Shown here: in pieces, positions 47,177 through 56,631 of the stretch
Layout: every line of letters begins with the position of its first letter
Position numbering within the stretch: the stretch's first letter is position 1
Source of the DNA: Chloroflexota bacterium
GTDB taxonomy: Bacteria; Chloroflexota; UBA6077; SHYK01
Assembly: GCA_016202435.1 (NCBI GenBank)
Contig: JACQOR010000089.1
Location: forward strand, 1 to 62,568
Reading direction: 5' to 3'
DNA: 62,568 nucleotides
Notes under the pieces: generated by a model
Seen by the model: the letters and a program-made list of their open reading frames with translations, nothing else
Database searches by the model: none
Told to the model about the DNA's origin: nothing
Position numbers and translations under genes: made by a program

Positions 47177-48346
47177 TCAACCGGCTCGTTTCAGGACCCG
47201 AAGGAGCATGGCCAGGGCTTCGATCGCGGCGCGTCGACTGAGGTCGGCCCGACCGCGACTCCAGCTGGTCGTGACGGTGTCGGAAACGTCGTTGACGGAC
47301 ACGGCGGAGCTGGCCACCGGCTCTTCCCCCCGGACCAGGATCGCGATCCCCGCTTCCGAAGCCGTCTTCGCCCGGGCCGCCAGGGCCATTTCCGGAGCGC
47401 TCGCCCCATCCAGTCCGAACGGATCGCCGGCCTCTCCCATCACGAGACCCCCACGAAAATATGGGGCCAGCGCAGGATCTCCGGCGATCTCCGCCACAAG
47501 CACCCCGCCGGTCCCGCTTTCGGCTGAGGCAAGCCTCCACCCGATGCGCCGCAGTTGGGCCCCGACCAGGGCTCCGGGCGATTCATCACCGCCGCCGAAG
47601 ACGTTCTCACCAAAAAGGTTCCGCACCTCCCGGACTAACGGCGAGAGAAGTTCACGCGCCGCAGCTTCGTCCGCCCCCTTGGCTGAGATCCGCACCTGTA
47701 CGCCGTCAGGTTTAGCATAGGTGGCAACGGTCGGATTCGTCCCGCGGACAAGCGAGCCCAACCGTTCCTCCACTCCGCTTTCGCCGATCCCCAGGATTCG
47801 GAGGGTGCTGGTAACCAGTACGCTCGCGCCGGCCCTCTCACGCAGCACCGGCCGCACCTGCTCGGTCCACATGAGCCGCATTTCCGCCGGCACCCCGGGC
47901 ATCGCGGCAATCGCGTGCCCGTTTCGCTCGACGAGCCATCCGGGCGCAGTACCAATCGGATTGGACAACGCCTTCGCTGATGGAATCAGGGTTGCCTGCT
48001 TCACGCCGCGCTCAGGCATCGGCCGCCCGCGGCGAGCGAAGTTTTCACGGAGCTGACGCTCCAGCTCCGCGTCCACCACCATGGTCTCGCCCATGAGCTC
48101 CGCGATGGCCTCCCGAGTTAGGTCATCCTCGGTAGGCCCCAGCCCGCCCGTGACGATCACCGCGTCGGAGCGGCTAAAGGCGCGGTCCAGGACCTCGACT
48201 ACTCGGGGGAGGTTATCGCCGACCTGGCTGATCCAATAGACGTCGACGCCGATGTCCGCCAACTGCTGAGTCAGGTACTGCGCATTCGTGTCGGTGATCA
48301 TTCCGAGCAGAAGCTCGGTGCCGACCGACACGATCTCAGCCCTCAT
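47177..48346 (-). CDS. cinA: CinA-like protein (MoCF-type N-domain, degenerate PncC C-domain)
   Basis: MRAEIVSVGTELLLG, DTNA, VGDN, TGGLGPTEDD.T, PGVP.EM; C-domain AESGTGG. Confidence 0.9.
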   Translation of the reverse strand: MRAEIVSVGTELLLGMITDTNAQYLTQQLADIGVDVYWISQVGDNLPRVVEVLDRAFSRSDAVIVTGGLGPTEDDLTREAIAELMGETMVVDAELERQLRENFARRGRPMPERGVKQATLIPSAKALSNPIGTAPGWLVERNGHAIAAMPGVPAEMRLMWTEQVRPVLRERAGASVLVTSTLRILGIGESGVEERLGSLVRGTNPTVATYAKPDGVQVRISAKGADEAAARELLSPLVREVRNLFGENVFGGGDESPGALVGAQLRRIGWRLASAESGTGGVLVAEIAGDPALAPYFRGGLVMGEAGDPFGLDGASAPEMALAARAKTASEAGIAILVRGEEPVASSAVSVNDVSDTVTTSWSRGRADLSRRAAIEALAMLLRVLKRAG

Positions 48347-48469
48347 CTCTCCCCGTCCTCCGCGCCACGATTCTCCTGCCTCCGGAACAGTCAGGACCCG
48401 AAGGTGGGATTGCCTCGGCAGTACCAGCCGCCCGCCTTCCTGCGCCCCGCCGTCCAACCCTTGGTTCGG

Positions 48470-48928
48470 TCATTCAAGCCCGTCCTGCGAGTCGCGGTTC
48501 AGGCCATCTTCACTTGGCTTACCTCTGGTCGCCGACGGCTCCCAAAGCTCGATGAGCACGCCCCGCATCCCCCGAGGCCGGACGAAGGCGATACGGCCGC
48601 CTTCCGCATCCCGCGGCTCCCGGTCGAGCAGCTCGGCACCTCGCGCCAGTAGTGTCCTCATCGCCATTTCGATGTCGTCCACCTCAAACCCGATGTGGTA
48701 AAGTGCGCTTCCCCGTTGCTGGAGAAAACGCCCCACGGGCGTCACGTCGTCAGTAGGCTGGATCAGGGCCAGCGCCGTCTCCCCAGCTCTCAGATGGGCC
48801 ATTCGCAGCGCATGATGCGGATCCCCGATTTCGGTATCCAGCCGGAGCCCCAGCGCATCCCGGAAGAAGGCCAGGGCCTCATCCAACTCCGGTACCGCGA
48901 CGCTGACCAGCCGAAGCCTGCGGATCAT
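48470..48928 (-). CDS. VOC-family, methylmalonyl-CoA epimerase-like (degenerate; start may extend to 48997)
   Basis: 'YHIGFEVDDIE', 'GVLIELWE', 'FLQQRG' pattern of the MCE family. Confidence 0.75.
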   Translation of the reverse strand: MIRRLRLVSVAVPELDEALAFFRDALGLRLDTEIGDPHHALRMAHLRAGETALALIQPTDDVTPVGRFLQQRGSALYHIGFEVDDIEMAMRTLLARGAELLDREPRDAEGGRIAFVRPRGMRGVLIELWEPSATRGKPSEDGLNRDSQDGLE

Positions 48929-49029
48929 TTCCGGAAACTCCATCCTGTCGTCCGGGACGAAGTCAAGAATCTGTCTCTCATGCAGAGGTGTGGACACCTC
49001 GCTGTGCTCAGCATGACGGCTCCACCCAC

Positions 49030-49617
49030 CTAGTAGTCAATGCCCTGCCGAGCGACGATCCCCCTGGCGTACGGGTGTTTCTTCTGCCCGAGCATCGTCA
49101 CGTAGTCGGCACGCTCCATCAGCGCCAGCGGCGCGTATCGGCCGGTCAAGACGAGCTCTACGCCAGTCGGCTTCTCCGTAATCAGGCTGACCACATCTTC
49201 CAGGGGAGCCAGCTTCCACGCCACGACGACGTTGATCTCATCCAGGATAACGACCTCGTAGCTGCGGCTGGCCATCGCCTGTCGCGCAGCCGCTATCCCG
49301 CGAGCGGCTTCGGCCTTGTCCTCGGTTGATGGATGGTGCATGTCGACAAGCCCGCCCGTTCCGAAGCGCTGGAGCGTGAAATTTGGCAGGAACTGCACCG
49401 AGAGAAACTCCCCGTAGCGTTCGTCGCCCTTCATGAACTGCGCGGCAAAGACCCGTAGCCCGTGCCCCACTGCCCGAAGGCCCAGCCCGAAGGCGGCGCT
49501 CGTCTTCCCCTTGCCGTTTCCGGTGATGACGTGCACGAGGCCGAGCGTGAAGAATGAAGGGTCCTGGAGCTGCGGCGGCTTCGTCGGGTCGGACTGAAAC
49601 GGATGTCTCCCTTGCAT
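49030..49617 (-). CDS. cobO: Cob(I)alamin adenosyltransferase CobO/BtuR
   Basis: TGNGKGKTSAAFG, QFMKG, ILDEI, ELVLTGR, KHPY..GI.AR.GIDY. Confidence 0.93.
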   Translation of the reverse strand: MQGRHPFQSDPTKPPQLQDPSFFTLGLVHVITGNGKGKTSAAFGLGLRAVGHGLRVFAAQFMKGDERYGEFLSVQFLPNFTLQRFGTGGLVDMHHPSTEDKAEAARGIAAARQAMASRSYEVVILDEINVVVAWKLAPLEDVVSLITEKPTGVELVLTGRYAPLALMERADYVTMLGQKKHPYARGIVARQGIDY

Positions 49618-49667
49618 CTTGACGGATGCTACATCAGAATCGGGCCCGGAATCCGGAGGAGGGTGAA

Positions 49668-50420
49668 ATGCCGCTCTACGGACCCCTCATGGGCGAGACG
49701 ACAGGGATCCACGGCCACAATGCGGACCTGATCGACGCGTACTTAGCACGGCCTCTCGGCGATGGCCCCTACCCGGGAGTACTCCTCCTACACCACATGC
49801 CGGGCTGGGATGAGTGGAGCATCGAGGCGACCCGATACTTCGCCCACCACGGCTATATCGCGATCTGCCCGAACCTGCACCATCGAGCCGGCCCTGGCAC
49901 CGCAGATGAGATGGCAGCGGCGACCCGAGAGCGAGGCGGCGTACCCGACGAACAGTGCATGGGCGACGCGGCCGGCGCTGTTGCCTATCTGCGCGCCATG
50001 CCGTCAAACAACGGCAAGGTCGGCGTGATCGGATTCTGCTCAGGTGGGCGCCAGGCCTACCTCGCTGCCTGCGAGCTCCACGGTGTTGACGCCGCCGTCG
50101 ACTGTTGGGGCGGCCGCGTCTACGTTCCAGAGGAAGAGCGCCAGGGGCGAGGGCAGCCGCTGGATCTCACTCCCAAAATGCACGTCCCGCTGCTCGGAAT
50201 CTTCGGGAACGACGACACCAACCCGTCGCCCGAACACGTTGACCGCATCGAGGCAGCTTTGAAGGACGCCGGCAAGCCCTATGAGTTTCACCGCTATGAC
50301 GGGGCCGGCCATGGATTCTTTGCGACCGGCCGCCCGGGCTACCGCCCGGTGCAGGCCACCGACGGCTGGAAAAAGGTCTTCTCCTGGTTCGAGACGTACC
50401 TCCAGCCAGCCAGAACGTAA
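49668..50420 (+). CDS. Dienelactone hydrolase family protein
   Basis: GFCSGG nucleophile, FG.DD.NP, YDGAGHGF; GGAGG RBS. Confidence 0.92.
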   Translation: MPLYGPLMGETTGIHGHNADLIDAYLARPLGDGPYPGVLLLHHMPGWDEWSIEATRYFAHHGYIAICPNLHHRAGPGTADEMAAATRERGGVPDEQCMGDAAGAVAYLRAMPSNNGKVGVIGFCSGGRQAYLAACELHGVDAAVDCWGGRVYVPEEERQGRGQPLDLTPKMHVPLLGIFGNDDTNPSPEHVDRIEAALKDAGKPYEFHRYDGAGHGFFATGRPGYRPVQATDGWKKVFSWFETYLQPART

Positions 50421-50442
50421 GAAGGGAAGGGAGCTCGAAGCT

Positions 50443-50754
50443 ATGTGCACGTGGATCCTTCACCGCGCAGATATCCGAGGCAGTGGCAAGGGACAGGCCG
50501 GCTGGTTCCCTATTCAGCAGGCGAACGTCGCTTTCGACCACCCCGCCGATGCGCCCCTCGACCACGCGGTCCTCATTGACTTCGTGAACGAGGCGATGGG
50601 CCCCAGCGCGAGGGTCGCCGTCGAGCTGAGCGCCACCTCGGCACGGGCGTTGGTCGAGGCGATTCAGAGCGCGCTCGAGGACGGCGACAAGCAGCACGTC
50701 GCCAACCATGAGGATGTCGTGACGTTGTCCGTCCATTCGACGTACTTGAACTGA
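50443..50754 (+). CDS. Small conserved protein resembling DUF6295
   Basis: 'MCT.I...GSGKG..GWF', 'DHP..APLDHA..IDF', 'RVAVELS..SAR.L'. Confidence 0.7.
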   Translation: MCTWILHRADIRGSGKGQAGWFPIQQANVAFDHPADAPLDHAVLIDFVNEAMGPSARVAVELSATSARALVEAIQSALEDGDKQHVANHEDVVTLSVHSTYLN

Positions 50755-51085
50755 CGGCCGTAGTGTCTCCGCGGGAAGTTATGGATCCGTGGCTCTCGGG
50801 GGCCCGAGGTCCTCTCCTTCACACATCGTGGCCGACAAGGGCGGGCTCCGGATTGGGAGCGAGCCTTCCTACTTCCGACTCGATTTGGCCCGCAGACTTC
50901 GGCAGCATTCCCTGGAAGTTTAGGGCACCCCTGCCGGGGAAACCCCGCAAAAAGTCAGGGTTCCGCTGAGGGATTCCCCTATTAACTTTTCCGGTGCCCA
51001 GAAGGTCTCTGGCCAACGCAACCGACCAGATTGCTGCCATGGCCGGGACAAATGAGTATTCGTCTTGCCACGCAAAGGGGGATCA

Positions 51086-51406
51086 ATGGGAATCCATGCC
51101 GTCAATCAGCGCGATGTCGAGGCGGAGAAGACTAACCGGGGTTATACGAAGTTCTTGCACATGCAGGCGGGCGACCCACAGATCATGATTCGTATCTGGG
51201 GCACCGAGTCCGGGCACGGGGTCAACAGCCACCCGTTCAACCAGATGTTCTATGTGCTCGAGGGTGAGATAGAGATGGGGGACGCGATCTACACCTCTGG
51301 GACGTGCATCTTCATGCCGAAAGACACCGACTACGGCCCCATCAAGGTACCCAAGGCGGCCAAAATCCTCCGCTACGCAGAGCACGACACCAGTCGGGAT
51401 GCGTAG
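51086..51406 (+). CDS. Cupin-domain protein
   Basis: 'HGVNSHPFNQMFYVLEGEI', 'GTCIFMPKDTDYGP'. Confidence 0.8.
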   Translation: MGIHAVNQRDVEAEKTNRGYTKFLHMQAGDPQIMIRIWGTESGHGVNSHPFNQMFYVLEGEIEMGDAIYTSGTCIFMPKDTDYGPIKVPKAAKILRYAEHDTSRDA

Positions 51407-51417
51407 CCTCGACCAGG

Positions 51418-52926
51418 CTACGGCTCCCCTCGCAGCGGCGGCGTGGCGCCTGGCGGCCTCCGATATCCCGTTGCCTGCTCATAAGCATACGCGAGCTTGA
51501 TCATGAGACCCTCGCTATAGGGCCGGCCCATAAAGGTGATCCCCACCGGAAGGTCGTCGGTGGTGAAGCCCGCGGGAACTGAGATCGCCGGAACGTAGAC
51601 CAGGTACGTGTTGAGCTGAGTGGCCCCCTTGCCGCTCGCTCCCGCAGTGATGAGCGTGGGCTGGTGCTCCACGGTCTTGTGGACGATGGCGTCGAGGTTG
51701 TGATCCGCCATGACCTTGGCGATATTGATCGTCAGCTCTTCGCGGGCGGCAAGATACTCTGGATAGCCGGGTGGGTGTCCCGGCGGCCGTCCCTCGGGGC
51801 TGGCGGCGCCTCGAGCCCCGCGCACCTTGCTGTAGTCTGGGGATCGCAGCATCTCCTCCCGCGACTTGAACGGCGGGTTCCCACCTCTAGCGAAGTACAC
51901 GTCGAACGCCGCGTGGTCGTCGACTCCGCTTCGCTTGGCCAGCAGCGGAAGCAGATTGGGGATGACGATGGGATCGATGATCGTAGCGCCGGCATCCGTG
52001 AGCTCTTCAACTGCTCGATCGAAGACCGCGGCGACCTTCGCAAAATCCTCCGAGTCCGGCTCGGAGTTGCGCGCCATGGTTTCCCGCAGGACACCGATAC
52101 GAGCCCCCTTTAGCCCGTCAGCGTCGAGATACGCGGCGTAGGAGGGAGGAACGTGGCCGACTCCGAGCGCCGTGATGGGGTCCTCCGGGTCGTAGCCCAC
52201 CATCACCTCCAGCAGCAAGGCCGCATCGCGGACGGTCCTGGTCAGGGGGCCGAGCGACCCATTGGTCGTGGGCCACCCAGCGTACACGCCGCCGCGGCTC
52301 ACCAGTCCCGCCGTGGGCCGCATGCCCACGATCCCATTCCATGCCGCAGGTCGTCGGATGGAGGCGACGCCTTCCTGCCCGATGGCAACAGCAGCCAGGT
52401 TTGCCGAGACCGCCGCGCCCGGTCCTCCGGACGACCCTCCCACCGTGCGCTGGGGATCGAACGGGTTGCGCGTCGAGCCGAACAATGAGCCGTGGGTGTC
52501 GCCGCCGCCCAACTCTCCCAGCGTCGCCTTGGCCAGGATGATCGCCCCCGCCCGCCTGAGTCGCTCTACGACGAACGAATCCCTGGCGGGGAAGTAGTTC
52601 CGGAACAGTACCGAGCCAAGGGTCGTAGGCGTTCCCACCGCATCGATCTGATCTTTCAGCACGATCGGGACGCCGTGCAGGGGGCCGACCGGTCCCGACG
52701 ACCTCAGCGCCTCATCCAGCCGCTCCGCCTGGGTCAAGGCGTCGGGAGCAATGGTGATGATCGAGTTGATATGGGACCCGCCGCGGTCGTAGGCCTCGAT
52801 GCGATCGAGATAGAGCTGCGTCAACTGGCGCGCCGACGCGATCCGCGTGCCGTATGCCCGCTGAATGTCGTCGATGGTGGCTTCCAACAGGTGAAAGGTG
52901 TCAACTCCGCTCGCCGACTGCGTCAC
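51418..52926 (-). CDS. Amidase-signature family protein, paralog A
   Basis: GPLHGVPIVLKD, GGSSGG, variant GQEGVASIRRPA. Confidence 0.92.
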   Translation of the reverse strand: MTQSASGVDTFHLLEATIDDIQRAYGTRIASARQLTQLYLDRIEAYDRGGSHINSIITIAPDALTQAERLDEALRSSGPVGPLHGVPIVLKDQIDAVGTPTTLGSVLFRNYFPARDSFVVERLRRAGAIILAKATLGELGGGDTHGSLFGSTRNPFDPQRTVGGSSGGPGAAVSANLAAVAIGQEGVASIRRPAAWNGIVGMRPTAGLVSRGGVYAGWPTTNGSLGPLTRTVRDAALLLEVMVGYDPEDPITALGVGHVPPSYAAYLDADGLKGARIGVLRETMARNSEPDSEDFAKVAAVFDRAVEELTDAGATIIDPIVIPNLLPLLAKRSGVDDHAAFDVYFARGGNPPFKSREEMLRSPDYSKVRGARGAASPEGRPPGHPPGYPEYLAAREELTINIAKVMADHNLDAIVHKTVEHQPTLITAGASGKGATQLNTYLVYVPAISVPAGFTTDDLPVGITFMGRPYSEGLMIKLAYAYEQATGYRRPPGATPPLRGEP

Positions 52927-53055
52927 TCGTGGCCCCCAATCTCATTGACGTGCAGCACTGTGAATTTCCGTCGCCCGCTTTTCAGCCGATGGGACCACAA
53001 CCTCGTGGTGAGCCGAGGACAGACGGCCACCGGTTTGGTTGCGAGCCCTGCGCGC

Positions 53056-54567
53056 TTACGGCTCGCCCGGCAGCGGCGGCACCGTGCTGGGCGGCTTCCG
53101 ATGCCCCGTGGCCTGCTCGTATGCGTAGGCCAGCCTGATCATCGTGTCATCGCTGTAGGCTCGGCCCAAGAACGTGATGCCCACCGGGAGCCCGTCGGCC
53201 GTGAAACCCGCGGGCACGGAGATCGACGGGACGTAGACTAGATAGGTATTGAGGTGCGTCGCGCCCTTCTGGTTCGAATAGGGCGGGTTGACTCCCTCTC
53301 TGATCAACGTCGGCTGGTGCTCCACGGTCTTGTGGACGATGGCGTCGAGGTTGTGGTCCGCCATGACCTTGGCGATGTTGATGGTCAGCTCTTCCCGGGC
53401 GGCGAGGTACTCCGGATACGTCGCCCCGCCGCCGATTGGCGTCCCGCCACCCCGCTGTCGAAACACCTTCGAATAGTCGGGTGCCGCGAGCATTTCCTCC
53501 CGCGACTGGAACGGCGGATTTCCACCCCGTCCGTAGTACACGTCAAAAGCCTCTTCCTCGCCGGAGTTGCTTCGCTTTGCGAGCAGGCGAACCAGGTCCG
53601 GAATGACGATGGGATCGACAACCGTAGCCCCAGCATCTTCGAGCTCGCTGACGGCCTGATCGAACACCCGGGTCCCGTTCGTGAAATCCTCGGAGTCGGG
53701 TTCCGAGTTGCGCCCCATCGGCTCGCGCAAGATGCCGATTCGGGCTCCCTTAAGGCCGTCCGCAGCCAGTGCCGCCGAATACGGGACGGGAACGCGACCC
53801 ACCCCCAGCGCGGTGGCGGGATCCTCCGGATCGTAGCCCACCATGACCTCCAGGAGCACCGCCAGATCTCGGACGGTCCTGGCCATGGGGCCGAGCGATC
53901 CGTTCAGCATCGGCCAGCCATGGTACACGCCGGCTCGGCTGACCAGCCCCTGCGTGGGCCGCATGCCGACAACAGAATTCCATGCCGCTGGCCGACGGAT
54001 GGAGGCAAACCCCTCCTGCCCAATCCCAACCGTTCCAAAGTTGGCCGCCATCGCGGCTCCCGGACCTCCGGAGGACCCGCCGACGGTCCGCTCCAGGTCG
54101 TAGGGGTTCTTCGTCGAGCCAAATAGAGACCCGTGAGTATCGCCCCCGCCCAGCTCGCCGAGCGTCGCTTTGGCCAGGATGATCGCGCCCGCCTTCCGCA
54201 GCTTCTCTACCGCGAACGCGTCTCGGCTGGGGAAGTAGTCTTTGAACAGCACCGAGCCAAGAGTCGTGGGCGTTCCCACTGCGTCGATCTGGTCCTTCAG
54301 AATCACGGGAACGCCGTGCAGTGGCCCCACCGGACGAGGGGTCCGCAGCGCCTCGTCCGCCCGCTCGGCCTCGCTCAGCGCTTCCGGGTTGACCGTGATG
54401 ATCGAGTTGATCTTGGGACCGGCCTGATCATAGGCCGCGATGCGATCCAGATAGAGCTGCGTCAGCTCTCGGGCGGACACGACCCGGGCCGCGTACGCCG
54501 CCTGGATATCATCGATGGTAGCTTCCAACAGGCGAAACGTCCTCGCTTCACTCGGGGACTGCGTCAT
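53056..54567 (-). CDS. Amidase-signature family protein, paralog B
   Basis: GPLHGVPVILKD, GGSSGG, variant GQEGFASIRRPA; GAGGAGG RBS. Confidence 0.92.
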   Translation of the reverse strand: MTQSPSEARTFRLLEATIDDIQAAYAARVVSARELTQLYLDRIAAYDQAGPKINSIITVNPEALSEAERADEALRTPRPVGPLHGVPVILKDQIDAVGTPTTLGSVLFKDYFPSRDAFAVEKLRKAGAIILAKATLGELGGGDTHGSLFGSTKNPYDLERTVGGSSGGPGAAMAANFGTVGIGQEGFASIRRPAAWNSVVGMRPTQGLVSRAGVYHGWPMLNGSLGPMARTVRDLAVLLEVMVGYDPEDPATALGVGRVPVPYSAALAADGLKGARIGILREPMGRNSEPDSEDFTNGTRVFDQAVSELEDAGATVVDPIVIPDLVRLLAKRSNSGEEEAFDVYYGRGGNPPFQSREEMLAAPDYSKVFRQRGGGTPIGGGATYPEYLAAREELTINIAKVMADHNLDAIVHKTVEHQPTLIREGVNPPYSNQKGATHLNTYLVYVPSISVPAGFTADGLPVGITFLGRAYSDDTMIRLAYAYEQATGHRKPPSTVPPLPGEP

Positions 54568-54596
54568 TTGTCCTCCTCTTTTCGAGCCGACCCCGA

Positions 54597-54640
54597 CCGG
54601 CACCCATGTTAGCGCCTCGCCGCTGCCAATGCGCAAAGCA
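54597..54640 (-). promoter_or_regulatory. Cassette-type promoter for amidase B
   Basis: GGCGAGGCGC-TAACAT-GGGTGCC, homologous to the UbiD promoter. Confidence 0.55.
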
Positions 54641-54670
54641 CGGGGCCCGGGAACAATCTCCCGGGCCCCG
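54641..54670 (-). terminator. Hairpin downstream of SBP paralog 2
   Basis: CGGGGCCCGGGA-6 nt-TCCCGGGCCCCG. Confidence 0.7.
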
Positions 54671-54746
54671 GCAGCTGCCAGGTACCCTCAGTTCGCCTCT
54701 CCCGCCACATCAGGAGAGGGACACTTCGACTGAGGTTCAGCGAAGC

Positions 54747-56465
54747 TTAATTCTTATCCAGCTCCCACCACCACCCCTGATTGCCTCCGGCCGGGAAGAC
54801 TCCGGTCACTCCCTTCACCATCATCCAGGGGATGGGCTCATAGTAGAACGGCCAGAATGCCACCTCCCCCATGATCCGGTCCAGGAACTGCCTGCCGAGA
54901 TCCCGGAGCTCGGTATCGAGGACCGCCTTCTCGGTGGCCTCGATCAGCCGGTCCATGGCTGGGTCGTTGTAGCGACCTCGGTTGTTGCCGCCGGTCCAGT
55001 TGTTCGCCTCGGTCGCGATGTTGGAGGAGTGGAACCGCCGGGCGCCGATCTTGGGTCCGGCGGTCACGTTCGTCGCTCCGGTCTTGGTTGAGACGAACTT
55101 GTTGTCGTTCTCCTCGGTAGCGGTGAACACATGAAGCTGCAGGTTGATCCCAACTGCCTTGAGGTCCTGCTGAATGATCGAGTTCTGTTTCAGGAAGGCG
55201 GTGCCGGGGCGGATCTGTACCTCGTAGTCGAATCGCTCCCCGCTCGGCTGGTGCACCCGAACCCCGTCCGGACCGGGCATCCACCCCGCCTGCTCCAGCA
55301 GCTGTACCGCTTTTCGCGGGTCATACGGGTAAATGTAGGGGAAATCCGGCGCCTCGATCCAGTCCTTCAGCAGCTTGTAGTAGTCATCCGTGGGATGGTC
55401 GTTGACCCTCGCCGCCTTGCCCTGCCCGAGCGTCATTTCCGCCGCCAGCTCCTCGCGGTTGATGGCGATGAGCCCGGCCTGCCGCACCAGCGGGTTGACG
55501 AAATTGACCGGACGGGCGTACGTCAGGTCCCGCTGGAGCTCATACTGGTTGGCGCCAGTCCGCTGTCCCACCATCACCTGAGCCCCCCGCCCGCCGAGCT
55601 CCGCAGCCTCCTCCATACCGATGGCAGGCGGAAGCAGCACGTCGGCGGCGCCGGCCAGCAGATTGGCGGCCATTGCGTTGGCATCGTAGATCGTCTTCAA
55701 GAAGACGCGGTGGACCTTGGCCGGCCCCTTGTAGTACTCGTCGAACCGCCGAAACTCGATGTACTGGGCCGGCTCGTAGGACGCGAGCTTGAACGGCCCG
55801 GCCCCGACGTAGTCGCGCGAGTTCAGCGTAGAGTACTGGAGTTGGCTCGGGTCCTCCTTGTAGACCGGTTCCCACAGGTGCTTCGGCAGCGGATCAAGGC
55901 CGGTGCCATTCCGGCCCAGGGTCGAGGGCTGCTTCCAGTGGGTCGTAAACGTGTACGGGTCCAGTACGGTGACGTCGGAGATGTACTGAATCCCGCCCCC
56001 GAGAGTTTGCCGCTTCACGGCGGGGTCATTCCGCAGCCTGACCGTGAACGCGATGTCCTCGGCGGTGACCGGAGTGCCATCGTGCCACCGGGCGTTTGGC
56101 ACGATCTTCCAGGTCATGTCCATCGTGCCGTCTGGACGAATCACCCACTTCCCGTTTTGTTGAGTGGGAATCTCAGCCGCCAGGCGTAGCTCCTCAGGTC
56201 CACCCGGAACGCGATTGGCTACCGTCAGCGGCTCATGAGCAAACTCGACCCAGTGCCGCCAGGCAGCATTGCCCTGAGCGCCGCTGATGACCTCGTCAAA
56301 AGTGGTCATCTCGCGATTCATGACGACCGTGACGGTCTTCTCTTTCTCAGGAGCCGCCACTCTGCCGGTAGTCTCCCCGATTTGGGCCGGCTGGCCCGGC
56401 GCACACGCTGTCAAGACGACGAGTCCGAGCGTCAAGACCGATAGGATCGAGTGTTTCCGCTGCAT
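54747..56465 (-). CDS. ABC family-5 solute-binding lipoprotein, paralog 2
   Basis: Lipobox LTAC; closely similar to paralog 1 throughout. Confidence 0.92.
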   Translation of the reverse strand: MQRKHSILSVLTLGLVVLTACAPGQPAQIGETTGRVAAPEKEKTVTVVMNREMTTFDEVISGAQGNAAWRHWVEFAHEPLTVANRVPGGPEELRLAAEIPTQQNGKWVIRPDGTMDMTWKIVPNARWHDGTPVTAEDIAFTVRLRNDPAVKRQTLGGGIQYISDVTVLDPYTFTTHWKQPSTLGRNGTGLDPLPKHLWEPVYKEDPSQLQYSTLNSRDYVGAGPFKLASYEPAQYIEFRRFDEYYKGPAKVHRVFLKTIYDANAMAANLLAGAADVLLPPAIGMEEAAELGGRGAQVMVGQRTGANQYELQRDLTYARPVNFVNPLVRQAGLIAINREELAAEMTLGQGKAARVNDHPTDDYYKLLKDWIEAPDFPYIYPYDPRKAVQLLEQAGWMPGPDGVRVHQPSGERFDYEVQIRPGTAFLKQNSIIQQDLKAVGINLQLHVFTATEENDNKFVSTKTGATNVTAGPKIGARRFHSSNIATEANNWTGGNNRGRYNDPAMDRLIEATEKAVLDTELRDLGRQFLDRIMGEVAFWPFYYEPIPWMMVKGVTGVFPAGGNQGWWWELDKN

Positions 56466-56529
56466 TGCAGCCTCCCTGGGGCAGTTCTGCGGTCGCACGG
56501 CTATCCGCAAAGCTCATGTGCCCGTTTTT

Positions 56530-56575
56530 CAGGCACTCATCTTACTCCGTCTGCTTTACCAAACGCTCAAACGAG
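56530..56575 (-). promoter_or_regulatory. Cassette-type promoter for SBP paralog 2
   Basis: GGAG-TAAGAT-GAGTGCCTG. Confidence 0.55.
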
Positions 56576-56612
56576 AATGAGAGCCCGGAGGCGATCCCTC
56601 CGGGCCCTCATT
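56576..56612 (-). terminator. Hairpin downstream of SBP paralog 3
   Basis: AATGA..GCCCGGAGG / CCTCCGGGC..TCATT. Confidence 0.7.
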
Positions 56613-56631
56613 CTGGACACTGGCTGGAACG

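Noticed and set aside
50900-51000. Possible cobalamin or TPP riboswitch (TTAATAGGGGAA, GGGGTGCC on the minus strand)
   Set aside because: Lacks the CGGTG.AA.TCC/ACTGT cores of cobalamin switches and the CTGAGA of TPP; no suitable downstream gene on that strand.
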